DNA of 64,000 nucleotides from Bdellovibrionales bacterium (GTDB lineage Bacteria; Myxococcota; XYA12-FULL-58-9; SYDY01): NCBI GenBank assembly GCA_005801425.1, contig SYDY01000026.1, positions 23,350 to 87,349 of the forward strand, read 5' to 3'. Shown piece by piece: positions 55,270 to 64,000 of this stretch (position 1 is its first letter; each line of letters starts with the position of its first letter). The notes under the pieces were generated by a model. It saw only the letters and a program-made list of their open reading frames with translations, ran no database searches and was not told where the DNA came from. The position numbers and the translations under genes were made by a program.

Positions 55270-58200
55270 TCACTCATCCGTGGTGGGGTCTTCTTCCACC
55301 AAACTATCGCCCACGACGGCAAGCACATAGCCTTGGGTTGCATTGGCACCTAGACCGCCCAAGCTTCGTGCGTTTACGCGAATGAGATAGGTTCCATCTT
55401 CTGGTTGGATAATGTCGATATCTTCCACATTATTGCAGCGATCTTCGCCTCCGGGTGTGCGGCAGCTTGAACCATCATCAAAGTCACCCGGAAGTTCATA
55501 GGCGTAGTGCAGCAATTCGTGATTTCCGTGGCGTATTTCACCGCTTGGAAATTCCATGCGAAGATCCAAATCGTTGACCAATGCGCGTCGGCTCATGCTT
55601 GCGCCTGGCGGATCGGTCCATACTAAGGTTGCGCGCAAACGCGGTGTTTGATTGCCTTCAACCAAGATGCGGCTGTTGGATGCCATGCCGAGGGTACTCC
55701 AGTTTCCGCGTACACCAAGCAACGGGATTTTAAATCGCGATCCGGAAAGAAACAATTGACCGGTGCCTAAAAGAGAACCCGATGGCAGGCTGCTTACAAA
55801 AGGCGATGATGATACCAAATGGGCTTCTGCAAGATAACCTGGAAGCGGGGCGATCATGACCGGAATACGAGGACTCCAAGGTTCGTTGTCGTTGGCACCA
55901 AAAATATTGATGGGAATAGAGCTATTGAACACAGCGGTTTGGCTGATGTCCAAGATCACAGCAAGGGCGCCAGCTTCCTGAAGATCAGCAGCACGTGAAA
56001 AAAGTGCAATGGCACGGCGTTCTTCATCCTTGAATCGTGAAATTGTTTTTCCGGCAGCAGACGCGTTGTTCAGATCGAGATCGGTGGCGGCAAGTGAGCC
56101 GCATGATCCACCGAGCCATACGATTTTGTTATCGACCTGACTGGTGTCGAGATTGGCGCAATCGGACTCTTCCGACGATAAAAACACGACATCGTGATGA
56201 TCAAATAGGTTGATTTGAGGTGAAGAATACCAAAACTGGACTGCCACGGTGAATTCTTTGTTGTCATGATGGATGGCTACATGATCAACATGACGATGGA
56301 TCTCTGATCTTCCTTGCGTCCCCACCATCAAGACCGCTGTTGCACCGGCTTTACTTGCGCGCGCTGCGATACCTGATGCCCCACAACCCACTTTGGCACT
56401 GACCACGGCAGTGCGACCGCGTATGGATGCTGCATTGGCATGCAATGCATCACATGATGCAAAGGGCTGATTGGTTGCCGGATCCAATGCCAAGGGTGCG
56501 AGGCGTGCTCCTGATGCCAATGGCATCCCGCGATCGGACACTTCGATGGCAAGGGTGCGTGTATTGTTGATGCGAAGCGACTGGAGTGGGGTTCGTGTGG
56601 GGGTCACCCGATACAGACGGCTTTCACCTTGGGCCAATCCGGTTTCTTCAATGGTTTGAATATGTGCACCGCGGTTGTAGGAATAGAGATCGAACGATGC
56701 AATACCAAAACCATATTTCATGCTGGGAATGCGACGCGAGACAGGCAATACAAAATTAGGCCGATAGATTTCACCGGTTTGATTGACAATGCGAGTATCG
56801 GATGGACGCCTGGAGCCTGCAATAAGAAGCGCTTTGACCAAAGCAGCGCTTGGGTTTGTTTCATCGCGCTCGACGCGTAACCACTGACGTATGGTCGCAG
56901 ACATGCCTGCGAGGGCAGGAGTCGACATGCTGGTTCCACTGATCGCAAAATAGCCGTCGGTGCCTGTGGTGGTGGATACAATGTTGGCGCCAGGTGCCAT
57001 GATATCGGGTTTGATTCGAAAATCTGCTGTGGGTCCTTCGCTTGAAAAAAGTGTGGCGGCATCGCTACCCACAGGGGTAAGCGCTGTGACCCACTCAGAT
57101 CGTTCGGCATTGACCACCGTAGAGAAGCAATTTTTTGTGGTGCCCGCGATGTCATCGTAGATGTCGCAACTTCCCCGTGTATAGGCGCAATCACATGTTA
57201 AATCGCTTGCATCCATACGGAGTGATCCAACAGCGCCCACCGCGATCACATTTTTTGCCGTGGAAGGTTCACCTACAGTGCGATCGCCACTTCTTCCTGC
57301 ATTGCCTGCGGCAATCGCCACAAGAAGATCGGGATGGCTTGCGATAAATTCATCAAATCCGCGTGCATCGGCACTGTAACTTGTGCTGCCAGAACCCCAG
57401 CTGTTGCTGTGTACCCGTGCACCTGCATCGTATGCGTATTGTAGAAATTTCGCAGGTAAATCAGGTAGGCAACCCAAATTTCCATCGAGATCTCCGATGG
57501 ATTCAAAATATAGTTTGGCCTTGGGCGCCGCGCCTGCATAAGCACCGTGACTTGCTATACCCGTTCCTGTGGCTGTACCTGCAACATGTGTTCCGTGCCC
57601 ATCGTGATCTTTGCCCGAAGAACATGACATATCCACTTCACGGGTGACGGATCCTAAGCCGAGAAGTTCACCGGTCGCGTTGCTGCATACCACTTCACGG
57701 TTACGTGTGGTGGCGGCGAGGGTTGCGCCTGTTGGGCAGCAAAACAGTGTTTTATTTTGCGGTGGAAGAAGTGATGCGCCCTCGGGACAACATGCATAGA
57801 TTATGCTGCCATTGCTCGCTTTGATTTGCGACAATTTTTGGTTTTCTGGGCATTGGCCAGGATTGGGATCCAGTTCGCCGTTGGGATTGACCCAATGAAT
57901 TTCGATGCCCGAACCACCTTGATCTATAGATTTGCTGTAGAAATCGCGGTGAATTTTGTCCGATTCTACCACGCCGCCTGCAAGGCCTGTATCTGCGATG
58001 GCAACGGTTTCACCCAATCCATCGTAAGGCCATCGATTTGATGCAGAAAGAAGAGTCGAATTTTCAAAGGCATTGCGATGTTCACGTTCATGCCAGGGAC
58101 TTACCCAAATGACGCCAGGCCATGTTGGAATTGAACGCACATCGCTGGCTGTGATTTCCACTTTAAAAAGTGTCGTGAGTCCGTCGGCTGTTTGTCTCAT

Positions 58201-58656
58201 GTGCGTGCTGAGTGGTTTTAATTCGTTTGCAATTTCGTCTGCACGCGATGTTAGTGCGCGAACGATGATGCGTATGGGGGTTCCATCGCTTGTCGTATAG
58301 AGTATTTCACGAAGTTCTTCGTCGAGACGATCTGTTGCGTGATAAGGTCCCATCCAGACAACACCGGGTCGCGTTTGTATCGATAGAGGCACATGTGTGG
58401 CGATGAGATACGTGTGTTCAGGAATATAATCGATGACGTCGATATCGATAAGTGCGCTTTTGGCATCGCGCGTTCCATCGAGTTGAATCAACCACAATGT
58501 ATCGTTGACAGAAATTTCATCAGGTGGGCGGATCGCTTGCGATGTGTGCGATAACAAACGGCCGTTTTGGAGATGAACGGGAAGGGGTGGTGTTGAATTT
58601 TTGGAACATGCAGTGAATAAAAAAAACAACGCTGACCACAGCACAATTTTTTGCAT
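55270..58656 (-). CDS. S8 subtilase (KP-43/TagA-like) lipoprotein with PA domains
   Basis: FTAC lipobox; triad ADTG / HGTHVAG / SGTSMSTP; HSNSWG, AAGN, PSTAKN, RIKPD, LVWTDP..LVNDLDL and NNVE. Confidence 0.92.
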   Translation of the reverse strand: MQKIVLWSALFFLFTACSKNSTPPLPVHLQNGRLLSHTSQAIRPPDEISVNDTLWLIQLDGTRDAKSALIDIDVIDYIPEHTYLIATHVPLSIQTRPGVVWMGPYHATDRLDEELREILYTTSDGTPIRIIVRALTSRADEIANELKPLSTHMRQTADGLTTLFKVEITASDVRSIPTWPGVIWVSPWHEREHRNAFENSTLLSASNRWPYDGLGETVAIADTGLAGGVVESDKIHRDFYSKSIDQGGSGIEIHWVNPNGELDPNPGQCPENQKLSQIKASNGSIIYACCPEGASLLPPQNKTLFCCPTGATLAATTRNREVVCSNATGELLGLGSVTREVDMSCSSGKDHDGHGTHVAGTATGTGIASHGAYAGAAPKAKLYFESIGDLDGNLGCLPDLPAKFLQYAYDAGARVHSNSWGSGSTSYSADARGFDEFIASHPDLLVAIAAGNAGRSGDRTVGEPSTAKNVIAVGAVGSLRMDASDLTCDCAYTRGSCDIYDDIAGTTKNCFSTVVNAERSEWVTALTPVGSDAATLFSSEGPTADFRIKPDIMAPGANIVSTTTGTDGYFAISGTSMSTPALAGMSATIRQWLRVERDETNPSAALVKALLIAGSRRPSDTRIVNQTGEIYRPNFVLPVSRRIPSMKYGFGIASFDLYSYNRGAHIQTIEETGLAQGESRLYRVTPTRTPLQSLRINNTRTLAIEVSDRGMPLASGARLAPLALDPATNQPFASCDALHANAASIRGRTAVVSAKVGCGASGIAARASKAGATAVLMVGTQGRSEIHRHVDHVAIHHDNKEFTVAVQFWYSSPQINLFDHHDVVFLSSEESDCANLDTSQVDNKIVWLGGSCGSLAATDLDLNNASAAGKTISRFKDEERRAIALFSRAADLQEAGALAVILDISQTAVFNSSIPINIFGANDNEPWSPRIPVMIAPLPGYLAEAHLVSSSPFVSSLPSGSLLGTGQLFLSGSRFKIPLLGVRGNWSTLGMASNSRILVEGNQTPRLRATLVWTDPPGASMSRRALVNDLDLRMEFPSGEIRHGNHELLHYAYELPGDFDDGSSCRTPGGEDRCNNVEDIDIIQPEDGTYLIRVNARSLGGLGANATQGYVLAVVGDSLVEEDPTTDE

Positions 58657-58722
58657 GGGGGCTCTCAGTCAAAATGGTATGAGAGACTCTAGACAACGAA
58701 TGAGGTGGCGATCAATGGACGT

Positions 58723-58750
58723 GTAGGGGCGCAGCAAGCTGCGCCCCTAC
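58723..58750. repeat. Self-complementary GTAG REP
   Basis: GTAGGGGCGCAGC-AA-GCTGCGCCCCTAC perfect hairpin. Confidence 0.88.
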
Positions 58751-58962
58751 GTTTCAATGGGTTTTTCTTCCACCACACGCGCTGGCTGTGCATGATGCTC
58801 TTTGGGTTTTCTATGGATATGAGCGGCGTGCTTGTATTTGCGATTAAGCCTGCGCGCTCCGGCCTCAAATGTTTCGGCAAGCGCCATGTTGCCTGCATCA
58901 CGGGCCACTTTGCAACGACGATAAAGATCATTCATTTTTTCACGAATTGCGTTGATGTCCAT
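58747..58962 (-). CDS. Small basic hypothetical protein (71 aa)
   Basis: MDINAIREKM... begins 6 nt after TACCAT (leaderless pattern) and stops in the REP TAG. Confidence 0.45.
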   Translation of the reverse strand: MDINAIREKMNDLYRRCKVARDAGNMALAETFEAGARRLNRKYKHAAHIHRKPKEHHAQPARVVEEKPIET

Positions 58963-59029
58963 TGTGTTATGGTAACGCCATTTTTCGATGTTTGGTATTT
59001 TTACGGAAAGACTGATAGTCTTCCATGTC

Positions 59030-60196
59030 ATGATAATTCCTCCTTCATGCCTGGGTGGTATTTTTTCACCCCAACTGCCCGATCGCCGTGCTTCTGCAAC
59101 GATTGCAGTAACATCCAATGAAATAATTGCGGGTCTTGCGGATGGCTCACAACATCATATGCCATTGGATCATACGTTACGTCTTGAAGTCGGTGGCGCA
59201 AGTGGTCGCATGGTGATGTGCCGCCATGGCGATGTGATGATCTACAGTGAAGATCCCCACTTTTTAGGTTTGCTTCAGGCGTGCGATGAACCCCATGTGC
59301 GATCCCAATTGACGTGTCTCGAAGCGAATAAGAAACGCCATCGGCGCATGATGGGTTTGATTTGGACCTCGGTGCTGGCGACGCTCTTCGTACTTGCGGG
59401 TCTCGCATGGTGGAGCGCCAAACGCGCATTGCATCTTGCGATCACCCATATGCCTTACACCGTTGATGTGATGCTTGAAAAATCGGCGATGGGTTCGGTG
59501 AATGCTGTGTCTGCAGAACAGTATCCCAAAACCATGGCGTTGTTGAATAGTTTGCTTAAGCAGCTTAAACCCGAATCTAAAGACAAAGCGATCCAATACA
59601 AAATTGCATTGGTCGATTCGGCAGAGATCAACGCTTTTGCGCTTCCTGGTGGACAGGTTGTTGTTTTTACCGGACTACTTCGTGACATGACATCGCCCGA
59701 ACAACTTGCGGCAACCCTTGCCCACGAAGTGTCCCATGTGGACTTGCGGCATGGCACCGAACGATTGCTGCTTTCCATGGGGGCTTTTACAGCAGCACGG
59801 ATATTGCTTGGCGATATTTCTGCAGGGGCTGACGTTGTAGGATCGCTTGTGACAAGTGGTGCTATGAACAATTACAGCCAAAAACAAGAAGATGAAGCCG
59901 ATGAAGAAGGCTTCAAGCATCTTATAAAAGCAAAGATCGATCCCAAAGGTTTTATCAGTTTGTTTGATATTTTTGATAAAGCCATGAAAGAGCATCATTT
60001 GGACAAAATCCCCGAATGGTTGGGTACGCATCCTGAACCCAAAAGTCGGATAGAACATGTCCAATCGCTGATTAAAGCACTTCCAAAAGATATGGCCTAT
60101 CACCCCATTGACGTTGACTTTGCTGCCGTGAAATTGGAAGTATCGCGATGTCGTGGCGATGGTGGCACTGCATGCCAACGTGAGGAAAAGCAATGA
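59030..60196 (+). CDS. M48-family zinc metallopeptidase, membrane-anchored
   Basis: INAFALPGG, LAHEVSHV, YS..QE.EAD and THP; one TM helix; start uncertain. Confidence 0.9.
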   Translation: MIIPPSCLGGIFSPQLPDRRASATIAVTSNEIIAGLADGSQHHMPLDHTLRLEVGGASGRMVMCRHGDVMIYSEDPHFLGLLQACDEPHVRSQLTCLEANKKRHRRMMGLIWTSVLATLFVLAGLAWWSAKRALHLAITHMPYTVDVMLEKSAMGSVNAVSAEQYPKTMALLNSLLKQLKPESKDKAIQYKIALVDSAEINAFALPGGQVVVFTGLLRDMTSPEQLAATLAHEVSHVDLRHGTERLLLSMGAFTAARILLGDISAGADVVGSLVTSGAMNNYSQKQEDEADEEGFKHLIKAKIDPKGFISLFDIFDKAMKEHHLDKIPEWLGTHPEPKSRIEHVQSLIKALPKDMAYHPIDVDFAAVKLEVSRCRGDGGTACQREEKQ

Positions 60197-60858
60197 AAAC
60201 TGAAATCAAAAATGCAACATCGTTTGCGACGTTGTTCGTTACGCTTGCCCCAGGTGAAACGGTGGTGGCCGAAGCCCAAGCCATGGCGAGTCGTTCGAGT
60301 CATTTGCACATGACCACGCATTTCGCGGGTGGACTGTTTCGCGCGTTGATCCGGCGCTTTCTTGGCAAAGAATCGTTGTTCGTGAATCACTTCACGTGTC
60401 CTCAGGGTGCGCTTGAGGGTGAAGTGGTTCTTACCCAACCTTTTCTTGGCGATATGCTGAAGATTGATTTGAACGATGACAGCATCTGTTTGCAACCCGG
60501 TGCTTTTGTCGCCTGCGGGTCGGGTGTTCGTTTGCGTGTCAACTGGGCCGGTTTTGCCAGCTTTTTTAACGGCGATGGTTTGTTTCGCTTGGAAGCAAGC
60601 GGTGTAGGGCCCTTGTGGGTGGGTGGCTTTGGCGGGATCAGTGTGCGTGAAATGGATGGCGAATTTGTGGTCGATTCAGGGCATTTGTTGGGCTACGCAC
60701 CGACGGTGGGATTGTCCATGGCGCTTGCTGGCGGTATTTTTTCAAGCTTTTTCGGTGGTGAAGGGATTGTGACCAAACTTCGCGGACGTGGTCGTGTGTT
60801 GTTGCAATCGCGATCGCTTAAAGGCATGGCCCATTGGACCAACGGGTATTTAACATGA
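60193..60858 (+). CDS. TIGR00266/AIM24-family protein
   Basis: L..GE...AE..AM, ESLFVN.F, G.GLF, VD.GH and GEG.V...G.G.V..QSR. Confidence 0.88.
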   Translation: MKTEIKNATSFATLFVTLAPGETVVAEAQAMASRSSHLHMTTHFAGGLFRALIRRFLGKESLFVNHFTCPQGALEGEVVLTQPFLGDMLKIDLNDDSICLQPGAFVACGSGVRLRVNWAGFASFFNGDGLFRLEASGVGPLWVGGFGGISVREMDGEFVVDSGHLLGYAPTVGLSMALAGGIFSSFFGGEGIVTKLRGRGRVLLQSRSLKGMAHWTNGYLT

Positions 60859-61541
60859 ACATCGAAATGATTTCAAAACCGGCCAACACCGCTGGTCGTA
60901 TTCGCATGGCGCAAGGCGAAACCATACTCACCGAAGTGGGCGCAATGATCGCCATGAGCCCAGGGATCCGAGTGGAAACATCCAGTCGCACGGCGAGCGG
61001 TGGTGGACTTATGCGTGGTTTAAAACGCATGTTTTCTGGCGAGAATTTTTTTATCAATCATTTTACGGCCGATGTGGATGGCCAAGAATTGATTATCGGG
61101 CCAGCGCTGGCGGGCGATATGGTCCTTCATCGTTTGCATACGGGACGTTTGATTGTGCAAGGCGGGAGTTGGCTTGCATCGGGTCCTGGGATCGATGTGG
61201 ATACCACTTGGCAGGGTATGGCGCGCGGATTGTTATCGGGTGAAGGTTTGTTTTGGGTGAATTGCCGCGGCACAGGCGATATTGTTATTTCAAGTTTTGG
61301 CGCCATTTACGAAGTGGATGTTCAAGACAGTTACATGGTCGATACAAGCCATATTGTGGCCTTTGAAGACACCCTTGAATTTACCATGGGAAAAGCAAGC
61401 GATTCGTGGTTCGGAAGTTTTCTGGGCGGTGAAGGCATTGTTTGTAAATTCCGTGGTCATGGCAAATTGTATTGTCAGTCCCACAGTCCGCAGATGTTTG
61501 GAACTGCCTTAGGGCCGTTGCTTTTGCCGAGGCAGGGTTAA
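60855..61541 (+). CDS. TIGR00266/AIM24-family protein
   Basis: E.GAMIAMS, GE.FFIN.F, SGEGLF, FGAI and VDT.HIVAF; ATGA coupling. Confidence 0.9.
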   Translation: MNIEMISKPANTAGRIRMAQGETILTEVGAMIAMSPGIRVETSSRTASGGGLMRGLKRMFSGENFFINHFTADVDGQELIIGPALAGDMVLHRLHTGRLIVQGGSWLASGPGIDVDTTWQGMARGLLSGEGLFWVNCRGTGDIVISSFGAIYEVDVQDSYMVDTSHIVAFEDTLEFTMGKASDSWFGSFLGGEGIVCKFRGHGKLYCQSHSPQMFGTALGPLLLPRQG

Positions 61542-61544
61542 AAA

Positions 61545-62240
61545 ATGTTAGACTATCGTTTTGAACATCGCCCTGATTTTGGTTCCGTGGTCCTCTCGCT
61601 TCAAGCAGGCCAGCGTGTGTTTGCAGAACCTGGTGCGATGGCCACCATGGCTCCGGGCCTTGCGATGAAAGCAGGCCTTAAAGGTGGACTCCTTCGTTCG
61701 GTAGGTCGCATGTTCGCGGGTGAAAATTTGGTGGTGAATACATTCACGGCCGAAAAAGAAGCTGAGCTTATGCTTGTTCCCGGGCCTCCAGGCGATGTGG
61801 AACAATACGTCGTGTCTCCCGACGCACCGCTGATGCTCCAACGAGGTGCATTTCTCGCATGCAGTGATGGCGTGAATATCAACACATCATTTCAAGGTGC
61901 GCGCGGATTTTTTAGCGGTGAGGGTTTATTTTTGTTGCGTGCCGAAGGCCAAGGCCAGGTTTTTTTCAATACCTATGGTGCATTGATCCCCATCGATGTT
62001 TCGGGAAGCTACTACGTCGACACCGGCTACATTGCGGCTTTTGAATCAACGCTGCAATATCAAATTACAACATTGCCCGGAATGAACACGCGGCAAAAAA
62101 TTAAAAGCTTTGTATTCGGTGGTGAATCGCTTGTGTGCCGTTTTAGCGGGGTAGGGCGCGTTTGGGTGCAAACACGTGCGGTCGCGCCGTTTGTGCGCTG
62201 GATCTATCCGTATCGTAGCGTGCAACAGTCACGAGAGTAG
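61545..62240 (+). CDS. TIGR00266/AIM24-family protein
   Basis: AEPGAM, FFSGEGLF, VDTGYIAAF and GGE.LVC.F.G.G.V..QTR. Confidence 0.9.
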   Translation: MLDYRFEHRPDFGSVVLSLQAGQRVFAEPGAMATMAPGLAMKAGLKGGLLRSVGRMFAGENLVVNTFTAEKEAELMLVPGPPGDVEQYVVSPDAPLMLQRGAFLACSDGVNINTSFQGARGFFSGEGLFLLRAEGQGQVFFNTYGALIPIDVSGSYYVDTGYIAAFESTLQYQITTLPGMNTRQKIKSFVFGGESLVCRFSGVGRVWVQTRAVAPFVRWIYPYRSVQQSRE

Positions 62241-62259
62241 GGGCGACCGGCGGTCGCCC
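62237..62259 (+). repeat. Single GTAG REP
   Basis: GTAGGGGCGACCGGCGGTCGCCC hairpin. Confidence 0.8.
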
Positions 62260-62278
62260 TTCGTGAAAGAGATGAACC

Positions 62279-62701
62279 ATGAGTGAACAAGATCTGCGCT
62301 GGTTGCAACGTTTTGACAATTGGCAGCGTGCTTACAAAACCCTTCAACACGCATTGATGGCACATCAGAAATCGCCTGGTGATGAAATAGTCCAAATGGC
62401 GGTTATCAAATCATTTGAAATGACTTTTGAGCTTTCTTGGAAAACCATGAAAGATTTTCTTCAATACAGCGGTATCGACGTCAAATTGCCGCGTGAGGTG
62501 ATCAAGCAATCGTTTGCCAATGCTATGCTTACCGACGGTCAAATCTGGATCGATATGCTCGAAGAGCGCAATCTCATGGCCCATGTGTACGATGAAGCCA
62601 GGGCGCGATTGGCGGTTGATCATATCATGAATCGATACATGCATAGCATAGAACAGCTTCATCAATACTTTCTTAGTAAGGCCAAATCATGTTCGGCTTA
62701 A
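62279..62701 (+). CDS. Nucleotidyltransferase substrate-binding protein (HI0074/HEPN family)
   Basis: RW.QRF.N, I..FE.TFELSWK.MKD.L, PREVIK and W..ML..RN.M.H.YDE. Confidence 0.9.
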   Translation: MSEQDLRWLQRFDNWQRAYKTLQHALMAHQKSPGDEIVQMAVIKSFEMTFELSWKTMKDFLQYSGIDVKLPREVIKQSFANAMLTDGQIWIDMLEERNLMAHVYDEARARLAVDHIMNRYMHSIEQLHQYFLSKAKSCSA

Positions 62702-62979
62702 CAGACGATGCACTCGACAAAATCCGTGCATGTTTGGCAGAGCAACCAGAAATCCACTGGGCGAAAATCTACGGTTCCCGCGCCATAGGCACATACCATC
62801 GTGGTTCTGATATCGATCTCGCCATCAGCAGCGACGAAAATAATGCGGCCCATTGGCTTGCTCTCTTGGATGCGCTTCCACTGCCGTATTTGTTTGATGT
62901 GACCCATTACGAAACGTTGTCCCACGAAGGCCTTAAGGCCCACATCGATCGCGTGGGACAATTTATTGTACCGTCGTAG
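62689..62979 (+). CDS. Minimal nucleotidyltransferase (MNT)
   Basis: YGSRAIG...GSDIDLA, LPY.FD and HI.RVG. Confidence 0.9.
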   Translation: MFGLTDDALDKIRACLAEQPEIHWAKIYGSRAIGTYHRGSDIDLAISSDENNAAHWLALLDALPLPYLFDVTHYETLSHEGLKAHIDRVGQFIVPS

Positions 62980-63553
62980 ATATCCAGGGTCCGCCATTGC
63001 ACCCTGTCGTTAGATTTGTTTCGTCCTCGGCGGTGACATCAATGGCCTCTTCGGCAGCCGCTTTTGTCGCATAGGTACTTGCGGAAGCGCATATGTACGT
63101 GTTCGTTCCATTGTAAAAAACAGCCATATAGCTAAAAGGCGTTCCATCGTTGACCACGTTTTCCAGGCTTAAGTAGCTATTGTAGTAGGGGCTGGATTCT
63201 TCCTCCGCGTGATCTCGCACCCAATGGCATTCAGATTCTCCCTGCTGCACACCATTGATATAGGCTGACATAATGAGTTGACCCGATACGGTCATATCAT
63301 AAACGGTATAGTTCGAAGGTCCTTCGGTTTTCCAGAAACTATCCCAATAGCGAAGATCCGACAGGTCAGTGCAGCGAGCGACATCAACATTGCCACCGTT
63401 GCCCATTCCCATGCCCTGGCTATGTCCCCATGCATCGGGGTCTTCAGGCATTGCATCTTCCGTCTGTACGAGGGCCTGATTTCCAATATTTTCTGCACTA
63501 CATCCCATCAACAACAAACAGCATAACCCCCAAAGTTGTGTTTTATGGTCCAC
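62963..63553 (-). CDS. Hypothetical lipoprotein
   Basis: GTG 63553 after AGGAG; LMGC lipobox; acidic mature region. Confidence 0.6.
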   Translation of the reverse strand: MDHKTQLWGLCCLLLMGCSAENIGNQALVQTEDAMPEDPDAWGHSQGMGMGNGGNVDVARCTDLSDLRYWDSFWKTEGPSNYTVYDMTVSGQLIMSAYINGVQQGESECHWVRDHAEEESSPYYNSYLSLENVVNDGTPFSYMAVFYNGTNTYICASASTYATKAAAEEAIDVTAEDETNLTTGCNGGPWISTTVQ

Positions 63554-63633
63554 CTTTTTCTCCTGTGGCTGTTTGAATGCAAATCTCAATGTACCATCGA
63601 AGCGCAGAATCGCTAAAAACATGGCAAAATTGC

Positions 63634-64000
63634 TTAAAAGAGGACAGTGACTGGGACAGTTGAAGTGAGTCCGTTTCCGCCGCCATCATTGCTTCCATCT
63701 CCAAGCTGGCCAAAGTTTGTGGAAGCGGTCACACCATCATAGCCACCTCCCCAGCATCTCATCCCTCCGTCACTTAGCAGGGCACACGTAAAATCATATC
63801 CACCATCGATTGCGATGGCGGCGCTGCTGAAACTGAGTGCGGTGGTGTCTGCGACCGATGTGCCAACACCGTCTCCAATGTTGTCTACGACACCATCTGC
63901 GGGTGCCACATCGACCTCGCCCTGCCCAAGCCGACCTCCCGCACCAAAGCCCCAGCACTTGACGGTGCCATTATCCAAGACTGCGCAGGAGTGAAAATCC
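63634..64000 (-). CDS. RCC1/BLIP-II repeat protein, C-terminal part (5'-partial)
   Basis: HSCAVLDNGTVKCWG...GRLG and FTCALLSDGGMRCWG...GQLGDG repeats. Confidence 0.85.
   Translation of the reverse strand, partial: DFHSCAVLDNGTVKCWGFGAGGRLGQGEVDVAPADGVVDNIGDGVGTSVADTTALSFSSAAIAIDGGYDFTCALLSDGGMRCWGGGYDGVTASTNFGQLGDGSNDGGGNGLTSTVPVTVLF

Noticed and set aside
13064-62259. Palindromic repeats as a CRISPR array
   Set aside because: They are dispersed inverted doublets with no regular repeat-spacer period and no cas genes.

Overview
Chromosomal window of roughly 50% GC (by eye) from a bacterium that looks like Myxococcota/deltaproteobacteria. That placement is inferred from the PEGA protein, choice-of-anchor-D Ig lipoproteins, a BPI/LBP-like lipoprotein, the LPP20-LpoB-COG3014 cluster and queA-tgt-yajC-secD-secF. 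Housekeeping and accessory genes include a CPA2 antiporter, tRNA-Arg(TCG), an EAL phosphodiesterase, an orphan Dam-like methylase, pruA, argG, a TrhO-RluA fusion, a POT transporter, ALDH, RNase HI, MMPL, MrfA/MrfB-like repair genes, a subtilase, an M48 peptidase with three AIM24 genes, and a HEPN/MNT pair. Three unusual layers stand out. (1) Scattered stand-alone genes carry eukaryote-type domains: a membrane-anchored RING-IBR-Rcat (RBR) ubiquitin-ligase-like protein, a mitochondrial-carrier (SLC25) homologue, a possible U-box/NleG-like membrane protein and a Hanks-type kinase. Together they suggest an effector repertoire aimed at a eukaryotic host or prey. (2) A GTAG-REP/REPIN family nests with CGTC-type palindromes, supplies the stop codon of four genes and is translated in frame inside two proteins. 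(3) There are arrays of paralogous surface lipoproteins and several apparently leaderless genes. No CRISPR array, integrase, transposase or rRNA was seen. All domain calls come from reading motifs by eye; no database search was run.
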